Below, one piece after another: positions 36,294 through 46,790 of a stretch of 64,000 nt of DNA (positions within the stretch are counted from its first letter, which is position 1; every line of letters starts with the position of its first letter). Origin of the DNA: a virus. The position numbers and the translations under genes are program-made. The notes under the pieces are model-generated. The model worked only from the letters and a program-made list of their open reading frames with translations, made no database searches and was not told the origin of the DNA. Location: IMG/VR virus record IMGVR_UViG_3300031857_000027, one strand, 5' to 3'.

Positions 36294-36891
36294 TTTCTTC
36301 TAGTGTTTTCTCTATGTATTCACAGAGCCAATGACCTAAAATTAAATGACCTTCTTGTATGCGGGGTGTTGATGTTGATGGTATGGCAATATAATAATCA
36401 GAGTAATCATACATCCACGTTGTTTTCATACCCGTGAATGCAATATTGACCAATCCATTAATTTTACCAAACTTCATTGCCTCAAGCACATTTGGAGATT
36501 GACCAGAAGTTGAAAGATAAATTGCCACATCACCAGGTCTTGAGAGTGCTTGTAGTTGTCTTGAAAAAATATATTTGAAACCCAAATCATTACCAATTGC
36601 AGTGAGAATTGAAGTGTCGGTGTTTAATGCAATAGCGGCATATGCATCACTTTGTAAATTGAAATAAGAAACTAATTCACCAGCAAGGTGTTGTGCTTCT
36701 GCTGCTGAACCACCATTACCCATGAAAAAGATTTTATTGCCATTCTTTAGTGCATTCACACAGGCTTCAGCGGCAAGTTTAGTTTGTTCTAATGGATTTG
36801 GTATTGGTCGTGATGCGAATTCAAGTGGAGCATCTGTCAATAAACAATCAATCACCGCTTTGGTGTCCTTCAAAGACTCATAAATGTTCAT
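36268..36891 (-). CDS. gmhA: Phosphoheptose (sedoheptulose-7-P) isomerase
   Basis: GNGGSAAEAQHLAGEL, TAIGND, STSGQSPNV, RIQEGH. Confidence 0.9.
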   Translation of the reverse strand: MNIYESLKDTKAVIDCLLTDAPLEFASRPIPNPLEQTKLAAEACVNALKNGNKIFFMGNGGSAAEAQHLAGELVSYFNLQSDAYAAIALNTDTSILTAIGNDLGFKYIFSRQLQALSRPGDVAIYLSTSGQSPNVLEAMKFGKINGLVNIAFTGMKTTWMYDYSDYYIAIPSTSTPRIQEGHLILGHWLCEYIEKTLEENARTKNMS

Positions 36892-37113
36892 AACAATTCC
36901 TATGCTGATTGAAAAATGTCCTGTGCCCTACATGTGGTAATGAAATTGATAAATGCCACTGCTTCACTTTCATCTTCATAATAACGAAGAATTGTTTGGC
37001 CTGTGTATTTTGAAATGATCATCAATAGAATATAGTGGTCACGGTAGGTGGAGAATTTAATCCACCAACCGTTTCTGACCACCGGCTGCCAAAATTTGGT
37101 TTTACCCTCTATA

Positions 37114-37362
37114 TCAAGCCTTAGATTCTTTGTTTTCCGATTTGATGATTTTTTTTGCATCTTCTGCAATGTTGTTATTCAGATTTACCACTTTCTTTGT
37201 ATATGTAGTAAAACTGTTGTCTGTAACACTGTCAAAATAGGCAATGGTGTGATCAACCAAAATTTTGTTGAAATCAATTGTCTTGATTGTTGCACTTTCA
37301 GCCTTGCGCTGAATATCATTCCATGTGTAGAATGTTGGTAATTGTGGTTGATTTAAAAACAT
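37114..37362 (-). CDS. Hypothetical protein
   Basis: AGGAG RBS. Confidence 0.55.
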   Translation of the reverse strand: MFLNQPQLPTFYTWNDIQRKAESATIKTIDFNKILVDHTIAYFDSVTDNSFTTYTKKVVNLNNNIAEDAKKIIKSENKESKA

Positions 37363-37499
37363 TGTAATCTCCTTTTGTAATTGAACTCTTTAATAAGTTG
37401 TTCTACATCTGCCGTAGTTTTTGGATCTCTTGTTGCGATAAAATACTCAATTTCAGTCATTTGTCGCTGAGTAAACCAATTAATAAATTTCTTAAACAT
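37353..37499 (-). CDS. DUF3563-like small protein
   Basis: MFKKFINWF...EYFIA..P.TTADVEQL; AGGAG RBS. Confidence 0.5.
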   Translation of the reverse strand: MFKKFINWFTQRQMTEIEYFIATRDPKTTADVEQLIKEFNYKRRLQCF

Positions 37500-37554
37500 C
37501 GTTGCTTCTCCTTATATACTAGTATATAGTATTTTTTGCTGCTTTGCAACATTT

Positions 37555-37965
37555 TTAAGAGGCAATTATTTGAAGATTTTTTAGATGTGCCCGTCTAACT
37601 TTTGCTGAGACCCAATCATTATAGTATACACTATCCAGTAAAGCATGTCTACTGAATATTTCATAGGTTTCAAAGTAGGAGCATTCGGACTTTGATTTGC
37701 AGAGGTGTAGAATAGTCCTGCGGAAATTATGTTCGCCTAATTCGGCAACTTCTCTTTTAAGTGTTTCATTGGAACCCCAATAGGTTTCCCAGTCTGAAGT
37801 TTTTCGTATCTTTTTTTTCTTGCCGTTGACTTGCTTGTAGCCAGCGCATGTAAAGTATTTGCGTCCAATATATTTTCTTCCTGTAATAAGATTCTCTATC
37901 AGGTAGACAAAACCAAAATGTGTGCCGTCTTCTTCAAACGGCACACCATCGCAATACCATGTCAT
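37555..37965 (-). CDS. GIY-YIG nuclease (Seg-like)
   Basis: GFVY...YIGRK, YWGS, YYN. Confidence 0.8.
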   Translation of the reverse strand: MTWYCDGVPFEEDGTHFGFVYLIENLITGRKYIGRKYFTCAGYKQVNGKKKKIRKTSDWETYWGSNETLKREVAELGEHNFRRTILHLCKSKSECSYFETYEIFSRHALLDSVYYNDWVSAKVRRAHLKNLQIIAS

Positions 37966-38126
37966 AGAGGTTCATCATCTTCATCTTCATCAAAATCTTC
38001 TTGATCAAGTAAAAGATATTCGCCACAAAAACTACAGTACAAAGGGTCAGTTTCGGTTTCCAATTCATTATAAGAAATGCTGAATTCAGAACTACATGCC
38101 GAACACTGGTGATTGATCCTAATCAT
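37962..38126 (-). CDS. Small zinc-ribbon protein
   Basis: CSAC...CSFCG, acidic tail; translated by eye. Confidence 0.55.
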   Translation of the reverse strand: MIRINHQCSACSSEFSISYNELETETDPLYCSFCGEYLLLDQEDFDEDEDDEPL

Positions 38127-38561
38127 TTAATTACACCAAGATTGTTTTGCCTCACCGTAGTATTCACGTGCAAAGCCATTTTGAATTAACATTGAACGAA
38201 GACTCTGACCATCTAAAACGATATCACCCAATACACGACCACCAAATTTATCCCACCCATAGAGAGTGACTTGACGCTTAGTTGATTTAGCAACGGCGTT
38301 GGTTGTAAATTTAGTAGCGGCTTTTCCTCTTTCATCTTCTTGTGGGCATTGGGCACGAAAGCCTTTCTCTGGTGTATCTACTCCATAAATTCTAACGGCA
38401 AGTTCAGGCTTCAATGGTGCTGGTAAAAATGGTGCAGAAATGACCACAGTATCACCATCATTTACACGAACGATTTGTGCATCATATGTTACACCTTGTG
38501 GTGCTTTCTGTGCCAGAGCCAGTGATGGCACTAACAGTAATGCAAATAATAATTTTTTCAT
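38127..38561 (-). CDS. Secreted thermonuclease (SNase-like)
   Basis: Signal peptide; DGDT, RIYGVDTPE, DKFGGRVL. Confidence 0.88.
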   Translation of the reverse strand: MKKLLFALLLVPSLALAQKAPQGVTYDAQIVRVNDGDTVVISAPFLPAPLKPELAVRIYGVDTPEKGFRAQCPQEDERGKAATKFTTNAVAKSTKRQVTLYGWDKFGGRVLGDIVLDGQSLRSMLIQNGFAREYYGEAKQSWCN

Positions 38562-39013
38562 ATTGATTCCTTACAAACAAGATTTAAAATGTCAAAACGT
38601 GTGGTATTAGGTACATTGAGTGAAACAATGTGTGAATTAACCTCATATGAATTACGGAAAATTACTTTATTGTTCGCATCAACATACAAATCCATGAGAA
38701 GCATTAACTTTTGTTTACCACAATGCAATGAACCATAAACATATAATGCAGTCGCAGGAACATCTACGCCATACATGTAATGTGGTTCGTGATATGGTAC
38801 AAATGCATGAAATTTAACAATCTCATTTTCTGCACCAATCATGCTTTTCTCAATGTATATATCGTGTCCGTCCGACTTGGCTACAAAATACCAGTCGTTT
38901 TGATTGTGTATGATTACATCATCTGCTGTGATGTTGAGTAGAAACTCTGGCTGTGCTGCATGTGACGAAATCGCCAAAAAAACAGCAAGTATAAAAGAAC
39001 ATAGGTATTTCAT
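38558..39013 (-). CDS. Secreted hypothetical protein
   Basis: Signal peptide, two Cys. Confidence 0.6.
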   Translation of the reverse strand: MKYLCSFILAVFLAISSHAAQPEFLLNITADDVIIHNQNDWYFVAKSDGHDIYIEKSMIGAENEIVKFHAFVPYHEPHYMYGVDVPATALYVYGSLHCGKQKLMLLMDLYVDANNKVIFRNSYEVNSHIVSLNVPNTTRFDILNLVCKESI

Positions 39014-39103
39014 GATACCCTCCGAAACACCTATTTAGAGAATAAATTAAATTACTGGTTACGGCTCCAGCGTCACCTGATCGTTGTGACCGATTTTTCT
39101 ATT

Positions 39104-40510
39104 TTAGAAACTTAATTGACTTCTAAGCATGATCGCTTTCTCACCATTTACACGACTACCAGAACTGCCGACAAGTGCATCAAACTTAGTATCAACATAG
39201 TTTACCATAAATCTCAAGTTGTCAGTGCAAAACCAAGTTAGACCGTATGTCATAGCAGTAGCACGATTTGATTTACCTGTTGCCACTGTGATTGTGCTTG
39301 CATCAAACTCACTCATACGAACACCAACTTGCCATGCACCCTTGCCACCCTTATCAATAGGATTGTTTGGTTTAATCCAACCAAACGCACCATCTTTATA
39401 TGCATGTGATTCACCAGTCAAATTATACACCGCTTGAACATAATAACCTTTGATTTCTTGATTGTTGCCGGTTAGTGGATCGTATTTGAAGTTGAACTGC
39501 TCACCCTGAACTTTGAAACCTTCATACGCAAATGCTGCTTCTAATCCTTGGCGTGTTCTTATAGTGTCACCACTCAACGCTGAACCAGTAAACCAAGCGG
39601 ACTGCATACGTGATTCTGTTCTACCACTAACTGGTATAACACCACCTTTAATTTCACCTGTGCTATAAGCCGCACCTAAGTGTGCAGTGTATGCTTTGCT
39701 GCCTGTTAGTTCAGCAATGTTAGTGGTTACACGACCAATATAATCAAAACCGTCGAACTCTGCGTTCTTATTGGCTTTGCCTCTACTTGCCGCTATGGCA
39801 TATGTAAGGCCAGGCTTTGGTACACCGTGTAACATGAAACCCGTTTCTTTTGCAGGAATTAATTCTGAATCATTCTGACCAATCAAGCTACGTTCCATAA
39901 AATCTAAATTGTTTGAGCTAGTCAATTGTTCAAGACTGAATGGCATTTTAAACAAACCAAATTGAAATTGCATCTCTGGATTTGCTGCATAGTTTACCCA
40001 CATTTCATCTGCTGTTGATGATGTAGAACTAAACCCATCGCTTGCACCAAAGTTTGCTAATAATTGATACTTAAAATCTTTAGCAAACTGACCACGAACA
40101 CCAAATCTACCACGGCGCATCTCTGCTATGTTTTGGTACGAATCTGTGGTTTGACCGACACCATAATCTGGCGTGTAGTGTCGATAGTCCATATGAATTC
40201 TACCTGTAAGTTGAATGGTGTTGTTACCATCTTTTGATTTAAGTCCAATTCCATTTTCTGTGACTGAACCATCGTTTGCTCTTGCTTGTCTATATTTGAC
40301 TGAATCGCTAACGTCTTTGTCAATTCGCTGTTCTGCAAACTTTTTGTTTTCTTCTCTTTCTTCATATGCTTTGAGTTTTGATTCATATTCTTTTTGAGTG
40401 ATTACATTTTTCTCTCTGAGAATATTCAATGTGTCTTTATACTCATCAGCATATGCAGGAATTACTGCTGCTAGTGCAACTACGATAGAAAGTTTTTTAA
40501 ATAGTTTCAT
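39104..40510 (-). CDS. Phosphate-selective porin, OprO/OprP family
   Basis: Signal peptide; GRIHMD, RRGRFG, FKMPFSLEQLTSS..FMERS; C-terminal Phe. Confidence 0.88.
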   Translation of the reverse strand: MKLFKKLSIVVALAAVIPAYADEYKDTLNILREKNVITQKEYESKLKAYEEREENKKFAEQRIDKDVSDSVKYRQARANDGSVTENGIGLKSKDGNNTIQLTGRIHMDYRHYTPDYGVGQTTDSYQNIAEMRRGRFGVRGQFAKDFKYQLLANFGASDGFSSTSSTADEMWVNYAANPEMQFQFGLFKMPFSLEQLTSSNNLDFMERSLIGQNDSELIPAKETGFMLHGVPKPGLTYAIAASRGKANKNAEFDGFDYIGRVTTNIAELTGSKAYTAHLGAAYSTGEIKGGVIPVSGRTESRMQSAWFTGSALSGDTIRTRQGLEAAFAYEGFKVQGEQFNFKYDPLTGNNQEIKGYYVQAVYNLTGESHAYKDGAFGWIKPNNPIDKGGKGAWQVGVRMSEFDASTITVATGKSNRATAMTYGLTWFCTDNLRFMVNYVDTKFDALVGSSGSRVNGEKAIMLRSQLSF

Positions 40511-40519
40511 GATATATCC

Positions 40520-41542
40520 TTATTTCCAAATTGGGTTGTTGTCTGGACCACGGAAGTCTTTCTTCCAGTTTTCCTGTACGAGTTTAATTACATCGGCTGG
40601 CATGTGAACATATTCCAACTCTGTTGACATTTGACCGCCGTTCTTATATGCCCAGTCAAAGAATTTAAGAACTGCACGACCTGTTAATGCGTCTGCTTGT
40701 TGCTTGTGCATGAGAATGAAACTTGCGCCTGTTGCTGGCCAAGCATCTTTACCTGTTTGCCATGTGAGTAACAAATACATTCCTGGTGCATTAGCCCAAT
40801 CTGCATTGGCTGCGGCTGCTTTAAATGTTGTATCATCCGGTAATACAAAGTTACCATCACGATTCTTTACTGATGCAAATGCAATCTTGTTTCTCTTTGC
40901 AAATGCATACTCAACATAACCAAATGCACCTTTGATACGTTGTACTTGTGCTGCTACACCTTCGTTACCTTTACCACCCACACCAACTGGCCACTTCACT
41001 GCTGTACCTTCACCTACTGCCTTTTGAAAGTCTGCATTTGATTTGCTTAGAAAATTAGTCCAAATAAATGTAGTACCTGAACCATCTGCACGATGAATAA
41101 CTGTAATATTCATAGCAGGTAAATTTACACCAGGATTTAAATCAGCAATTGCTTTATCATTCCATTTGGTAATTTTACCAAGATGAATATTTGCAATTAC
41201 ATCTGGTGTCAACTTTAGTTTACCTGCATCAATGCCATCAAGATTATAAACTGGTACAACACCACCAATGATTGCTGGAAATTGTACAAGACCTTCTTTG
41301 TCTAGTTCTTCTTTCTTGAGTGGCATATCACTTGCACCAAAGTCAACCGTCTTGGCTTTGATTTGACGGATACCACCGCCTGAACCGATTGATTGATAGT
41401 TTAGACCAATGCCTGTGGCAGCCTTGTATGCTTCTGCCCACTTAGCATAGATTGGAAATGGAAAAGTCGCACCGGCTCCAGTTAATTCTGCTGCGGATGC
41501 GACTCCTGTAAATAACAATAATGATACTAAAAAATTCTTCAT
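40520..41542 (-). CDS. pstS: Phosphate ABC transporter substrate-binding protein
   Basis: GAGATFP, YQSIGSGGG, DFGASD, RADGSGTT, GKGNEGV. Confidence 0.95.
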   Translation of the reverse strand: MKNFLVSLLLFTGVASAAELTGAGATFPFPIYAKWAEAYKAATGIGLNYQSIGSGGGIRQIKAKTVDFGASDMPLKKEELDKEGLVQFPAIIGGVVPVYNLDGIDAGKLKLTPDVIANIHLGKITKWNDKAIADLNPGVNLPAMNITVIHRADGSGTTFIWTNFLSKSNADFQKAVGEGTAVKWPVGVGGKGNEGVAAQVQRIKGAFGYVEYAFAKRNKIAFASVKNRDGNFVLPDDTTFKAAAANADWANAPGMYLLLTWQTGKDAWPATGASFILMHKQQADALTGRAVLKFFDWAYKNGGQMSTELEYVHMPADVIKLVQENWKKDFRGPDNNPIWK

Positions 41543-41656
41543 TTTATCTCCTTTGAGTTAGACTACTAAAATTATTCTGCTGTAACGGATCCGTCACAAT
41601 TTGGAATTTTTTTTAATAGTCCAATCGCCGAAGACAATCAGACTTTATATTTAGTA

Positions 41657-42649
41657 TTATGCGGCTTTACCCCACACATTTTCCCAATTACCCGATAATG
41701 CACCTTTTGAATAATCAGTTGCACGATTTTCAAAAAAGTTTGTGTGTGTTGGTGCATTGATCATCTCTTCAACCCATGGAAGCGGATTCTTTTTAACTTT
41801 GAATACACCCTTGAGACCCAGACTAATGAGGCGACGATCAGCAATGTAGCGAATGTATGATTTAACGTCATCAGAAGATAAGCCAGACATGTCACCCATA
41901 TTGAAAGCAAGATCAATAAACTTGTCTTCAAGTTCAACCATCTTTTCAGCAATGGTATAAATTTTTGATTTGAGGTCGTCATTCCATATTTCCTTATTCT
42001 CTTCGATATAAGTGCGGAATAATTTAATCATAGACTCAGCGTGTTGTGTTTCATCCACGATTGACCAAGTAATAATCTGACCCATGCCTCTCATTTTACC
42101 TTGGCGTGGGAAGTTAAGTAACATGATAAAGGAACTGAATAGTTGCATCCCTTCGGTGAAAGCAGAGAATACTGCAATATGAGCAGCAGTAGAAGCCCTA
42201 TCGCCATTCTGTGCGCTAAGATTAAGAACGTAATCATGTTTATCTTTCATTGCTTGATATTCCATAAACTCAGTGTACGTAGTGTCTGGCATACCAAGTG
42301 TTTCAATCAAGTGTGAATATGCTGCAATGTGCAGTGCTTCACGTGCCGCAAAACCCAATAGCATCATTCTTACTTCAGGTTGAGGAAAATAAGGTAGGTA
42401 ATTATTAACATAGCCACCTGCAACATCAATGTCACCCTGAGTAAAAAATCTGAATATATGAGTGAGAAAATTCTTTTCGTTCTGCGTAAGTTTATTCTTC
42501 CAATCCTTAACATCTTCAAGCATCGGTACTTCAGTGTGAAGCCAGTGAGATTGTTCATGTTTCAGCCATGATTCATATGCCCATGGATATGCAAATGGTT
42601 TGAATGATGTTCTTTCGTCTGTTAATCTTGTTTCGTGCTTTTTAATCAT
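41657..42649 (-). CDS. nrdB: Ribonucleotide reductase class Ia beta subunit
   Basis: FFTQGD, EALH..AYS, EGMQLFSSF, DETQH, NFFE. Confidence 0.95.
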   Translation of the reverse strand: MIKKHETRLTDERTSFKPFAYPWAYESWLKHEQSHWLHTEVPMLEDVKDWKNKLTQNEKNFLTHIFRFFTQGDIDVAGGYVNNYLPYFPQPEVRMMLLGFAAREALHIAAYSHLIETLGMPDTTYTEFMEYQAMKDKHDYVLNLSAQNGDRASTAAHIAVFSAFTEGMQLFSSFIMLLNFPRQGKMRGMGQIITWSIVDETQHAESMIKLFRTYIEENKEIWNDDLKSKIYTIAEKMVELEDKFIDLAFNMGDMSGLSSDDVKSYIRYIADRRLISLGLKGVFKVKKNPLPWVEEMINAPTHTNFFENRATDYSKGALSGNWENVWGKAA

Positions 42650-42887
42650 TGATGAATGCCTCTAGTTCTTGTTTTGTTTTATTTCCTACTATTCTTTTTG
42701 ATGGTATATTATCCTCAACGATTACCAATGTTGGTACACTACGAATGCCAAACTCTGCTGCAATTTCTGGATGTATATCAATGTCAACAACTTCAATCGG
42801 CAGTTTTGAATCTACTTCTTCCAATGTCTTTGCTAACATCTTACATGGTCCACACCATGATGCAGTGAATCGTACTATCTTTTTCAT
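42642..42887 (-). CDS. Thioredoxin
   Basis: WCGPC. Confidence 0.92.
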   Translation of the reverse strand: MKKIVRFTASWCGPCKMLAKTLEEVDSKLPIEVVDIDIHPEIAAEFGIRSVPTLVIVEDNIPSKRIVGNKTKQELEAFIND

Positions 42888-43021
42888 TTACCTTGACCTC
42901 TATATTTTTTGTGTGAACGCTTTTCGTGTTTACTCATACTTGCTGTTTTCTTGTGACCGCCTTGTTTAGTTCTTTTATGCACTTTTTTGTGTTTGCTCAC
43001 CAGACCTGTTTGCTTAGCCAT
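42884..43021 (-). CDS. Small basic conserved T4-like protein
   Basis: ...KKYRGQGK; AGGAG RBS. Confidence 0.6.
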   Translation of the reverse strand: MAKQTGLVSKHKKVHKRTKQGGHKKTASMSKHEKRSHKKYRGQGK

Positions 43022-43172
43022 AATATCTCCTTATTTGCTTTTGTATTTTGAATCCTGTTTTGCTTCAAGTTCTCTTAAATCATTTGCTACATCAGATACA
43101 CCATGCCAATCTTCAATTGCAATCATTACTTGTAGATATTCTAACAAAATTGCTTTCTGTGTTTCAAAGTTA

Positions 43173-43433
43173 CTATAGTCCTTTTGATTCAATTTTCTCT
43201 CCTATATGAAATTTCATACCAACATACGTGCCCACAAATGCTCCTAATACCGCTGGTATAATCATCATGTTGTCGTTGGTGTAGTTGATGATTGCCACAC
43301 CACCTAAAAATGTAATTGCTGACGCCCAAATGCTTGATGCAAGTGGTCTATCATTTTGCACTGATTTAAGTAACTGTGTATAAACAACGTCTGTAACAAA
43401 CATACACACAAAAGTAAAAATATATGCCCACAT
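43173..43433 (-). CDS. Small membrane protein
   Basis: Three TM segments, GAFVGTY. Confidence 0.6.
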   Translation of the reverse strand: MWAYIFTFVCMFVTDVVYTQLLKSVQNDRPLASSIWASAITFLGGVAIINYTNDNMMIIPAVLGAFVGTYVGMKFHIGEKIESKGL

Positions 43434-43565
43434 TATTCTTTTTTCTCTGCTGGTTGTACTATTACTGTTTGTGGTGGCTCAGGCCAAACTTTGTCTTTAA
43501 TTGCATTAGCACCAATCCAACCCCATGCACTAAAAAATCCCCACACAATCATATCTAATATCATT

Positions 43566-44207
43566 TTACTTCTCCAATAATTTATTCACAAACTCTCTCA
43601 GTAGTTTATGATGTCTCCCATGATGCCAATGTTTATGCAAATATGGTTTACTGTACCAATACTCTTCTGCTTCAAGGTGTGGACCTATAAGTCCTATTTT
43701 GTTTTGTATAATTGCTGCCGGATCGCCGTTGCTGTATCTTGCGATTGTTTCAAACTTTGATTCGTTTCCGATAAATGCAGGTCCATCGTAAAAGAAGAAC
43801 CTTTCTGTGTTGCCTTGCCAGTCACATTCAACTGCTTTGGAATAATATCGTTTAGTACAGGTATTTGGTCGTCGTATGTATTGCTTGGCTTCAACGCCAT
43901 CCATAATGTCCAAAAAATGCTTGTCAGCCCAATAAGCACCCATACAAATACCGAGAAATCTACCACCATTTCTAATGTACTGTCTGACACTAGATTCATG
44001 ATATTTAAACATATGGTCATAGGTGTCAGCATCGCCAATGCCACCAGGAAAACAAACAAGATCCACATCGTTGAAGTAATCGTCTTCGATTTCATGTTTG
44101 GTAAAAAGTTTATAGTTATAGTTAGCACCAAGTGCTTTGATTACACCATTACATGATTGTACAGAACACCTTGGGTGCTGTACGAAAAGAGCAATTGTAC
44201 AACTCAT
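43566..44207 (-). CDS. Class I glutamine amidotransferase-like (BPL_N) protein
   Basis: FPGG, FLGICMGAY, PHLE. Confidence 0.75.
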   Translation of the reverse strand: MSCTIALFVQHPRCSVQSCNGVIKALGANYNYKLFTKHEIEDDYFNDVDLVCFPGGIGDADTYDHMFKYHESSVRQYIRNGGRFLGICMGAYWADKHFLDIMDGVEAKQYIRRPNTCTKRYYSKAVECDWQGNTERFFFYDGPAFIGNESKFETIARYSNGDPAAIIQNKIGLIGPHLEAEEYWYSKPYLHKHWHHGRHHKLLREFVNKLLEK

Positions 44208-44329
44208 TTTTCTTCTTTTTTATTCTCCTGTTCTTTCTTCTTTTGTTGTGGTTGAACGGGAGTTTTTTCCTTGTAAGTTGGCCTCTTTGGATGCGGCTTT
44301 GGTTTCTTTGTGTTTATTTCAAATGTCAT

Positions 44330-46123
44330 TTAGCCCTCACACGCTAAACAGACCTCCTCAGTAGCCAGTTGCTTCAAATCAATTTCTTGTATAATTTCAC
44401 GTTCAATCTTTTTGGATACTTTGTCGGCCTTTGCTAGTTTCTCTGAACGGCAGTAATACAATGTTTTCAGGCCTTGTTTCCATGCCTGAAAGTGTACTGC
44501 ATGTAAGTATTTAACATTCACATCAGGTCTAAAAAAGAGGTTAATGGATTGCGCCTGGTCAATGTAATGCTGTCTGTCAGCGGCGTGGTCCACAACCCAT
44601 CGTTGGTCAATTTCCATACCAGTTTTGTAGACATCTTTGGTGTATTCATCCAGGAAATCCAAGTGCTGGACGGAACCGTCGTTTGCAATAATACTTGACC
44701 AGATTTCTTGATAGTCCAATTTGTTGTCTGCATCACATTTCTCCTTGATGATTTTATCCAAGAATTTGTTTTTGTTTAGAAAAGCGCCTGAAAGAGTGTC
44801 TTGTCTATAAGCATTAGCACGATAAGGCTCAACGGAGGGACTAGTGTTGCCCATAATAATGGAAGATGAAGCATTAGGAGCAATGGCAAGCATATGGCTA
44901 AACCTTTTACCTGAACCAACAGCATCAGGAGCCTCACCTCTTTCTTTTCCCAATTGGAGATTCGCATCATCTAATCTTTCACGAATATGTTTGAATACTT
45001 GATTGTTGAATGACTTTGCTACGGCAGATTCGAACGCAATATTTTTTTTCTGAAGAAGAGCATGATAACCAAGAGCCCCCACACCAATACTGCGCTCTTG
45101 TTCAGCAGAGAACCTGGCTCTGTGAATAGCATCAGGAGCATTGTCAATAAAATACTGAAGTACATTATCAAGCATTTCCGCCACGTCCCGCAGAAAAAGT
45201 TCATTACTCTTCCAATCATCATAATACTCCAAGTTTACAGATGAAAGGCAACAAACCGCTGTGCGCTGTTTATCTGTAGGTAAAATAATTTCTGAACACA
45301 AATTTGATTGCTTGATGCTCAGACCTTTTTTCTTCTGAAAATCTGGCATTGCACGATTGCTTGTATCAATAAAGTGAATGTATGGTTCACCCGTCAGCAT
45401 ACGTGTTTCAAGAATACGCTGCCACAATTCACGTGCAGATACTTTATCTTTGACTTCACCACTATGTGGATCTTTAAGTTCCCATGTATCATCGGCATCA
45501 TGGTCAAGCATACATGTTTCAATTATATGCATGAATTCATCTGTAATGTTAATTCCATGATGTAAATTCAGTGTGCGTAAATTAGGATCACCTGTGGGTT
45601 TACGCATTTCTAAGAAAGAAATAATATCAGGATGAGAAATGTCAAGATAAGCAGCATAAGAGCCACGCCTTGTACGACCTTGTCTATATGCCAGTGAAGA
45701 TGCATCATAAGTACGTAGATGAGGCATGATGCCAACGGACTTATCATCAGCAGAACGAATTCCCAATCCAATTCCAACTCCACCTCCCAACATTGAAAGC
45801 CAATTTACTTCTGAAAGAGTGTTAACCAAACCTTCTGCACTATCATCAAGATAGGGGAGAAAACAACTAATAGGCAAGCCACGCTTACTACGGCCAAAAG
45901 ACAAGATAGGAGTAGAATAAGAAAGCCAATGCTTACTACTGTAATCGTAAAGCCTCTGAGCATGAGCAACATCACTTGCAAAGGCAGCGGATACAAATGC
46001 AAATCTTTCTTGAGGACTTGATTCAGTCTCTCGCATGTATGATTCTTTGAGTCTTTTAATTCCGAGTTCATCAAATAATTTATCTCTCTCTAGGTCTATT
46101 GTAATGCTGCTAATATCTACCAT
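44330..46123 (-). CDS. nrdA: Ribonucleotide reductase class Ia alpha subunit
   Basis: PISCF, SNLCSE, AIAPNASSS, TLYY, C-terminal CLACEG. Confidence 0.95.
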   Translation of the reverse strand: MVDISSITIDLERDKLFDELGIKRLKESYMRETESSPQERFAFVSAAFASDVAHAQRLYDYSSKHWLSYSTPILSFGRSKRGLPISCFLPYLDDSAEGLVNTLSEVNWLSMLGGGVGIGLGIRSADDKSVGIMPHLRTYDASSLAYRQGRTRRGSYAAYLDISHPDIISFLEMRKPTGDPNLRTLNLHHGINITDEFMHIIETCMLDHDADDTWELKDPHSGEVKDKVSARELWQRILETRMLTGEPYIHFIDTSNRAMPDFQKKKGLSIKQSNLCSEIILPTDKQRTAVCCLSSVNLEYYDDWKSNELFLRDVAEMLDNVLQYFIDNAPDAIHRARFSAEQERSIGVGALGYHALLQKKNIAFESAVAKSFNNQVFKHIRERLDDANLQLGKERGEAPDAVGSGKRFSHMLAIAPNASSSIIMGNTSPSVEPYRANAYRQDTLSGAFLNKNKFLDKIIKEKCDADNKLDYQEIWSSIIANDGSVQHLDFLDEYTKDVYKTGMEIDQRWVVDHAADRQHYIDQAQSINLFFRPDVNVKYLHAVHFQAWKQGLKTLYYCRSEKLAKADKVSKKIEREIIQEIDLKQLATEEVCLACEG

Positions 46124-46136
46124 TTCTTCTCCATTG

Positions 46137-46790
46137 TTATTGTTCTAGTGCTGCTACTACATTTGGAAATTTATCTGCAATAATTTTCCAGCAGGCCGCT
46201 GCCACTTCGGCATGTTCTTTCTGTGTACCATTTTCCTTACGCAACTGACAGTAGTGGATCCAACTACGCAATGTACCATTCATGTACATACGTGACTGTG
46301 TGTTGCCTTCTGGTAATACTGCACGTGCTTGTTCTTTTGCAATACCATTCGCTATCGCCCAATCGTATGCTGTTTTTGCTTCAGCAATTAGATTGACTTG
46401 CTTAATTTTCCATTCCGACTGCAATTCATTATCGTCAGTCTCAATAGAGTTTTGACGATTCTTTGTATCTTGTAGCCTTGCTTCCCGTAGTTCAAAACCT
46501 AAATCTTTCGTTGGATCAGCATATCGTTGGCTGAATTCTTGAAAGGAAAAACTACGATGTCGCAAGATTTGTCTTGCAATGTCCCGTGTAGTGTTTATTT
46601 CCATAACAACGTTGACCATTTCAAATGGTGACCAATGTTGATTTTTGATGAGATAACGAATTAATTTCTCATCACCTCTTGTCATATTCTGATTGCTTGG
46701 ATTTGATACACGTGCCATGTGTACAATCAAATCTTCAGCGGAGTTGTGACCTGCATACGGTGCAGTCACACCAATTAACTTCACGTTCAT
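46137..46790 (-). CDS. thyX: FAD-dependent thymidylate synthase
   Basis: HWSPFE, RHRSFSFQEFSQRY, EQARAVLP. Confidence 0.95.
   Translation of the reverse strand: MNVKLIGVTAPYAGHNSAEDLIVHMARVSNPSNQNMTRGDEKLIRYLIKNQHWSPFEMVNVVMEINTTRDIARQILRHRSFSFQEFSQRYADPTKDLGFELREARLQDTKNRQNSIETDDNELQSEWKIKQVNLIAEAKTAYDWAIANGIAKEQARAVLPEGNTQSRMYMNGTLRSWIHYCQLRKENGTQKEHAEVAAACWKIIADKFPNVVAALEQ

Noticed and set aside
37555-37965. Mobile intron-associated homing endonuclease
   Set aside because: A short standalone GIY-YIG domain coupled to its neighbours; no interrupted host gene is visible.
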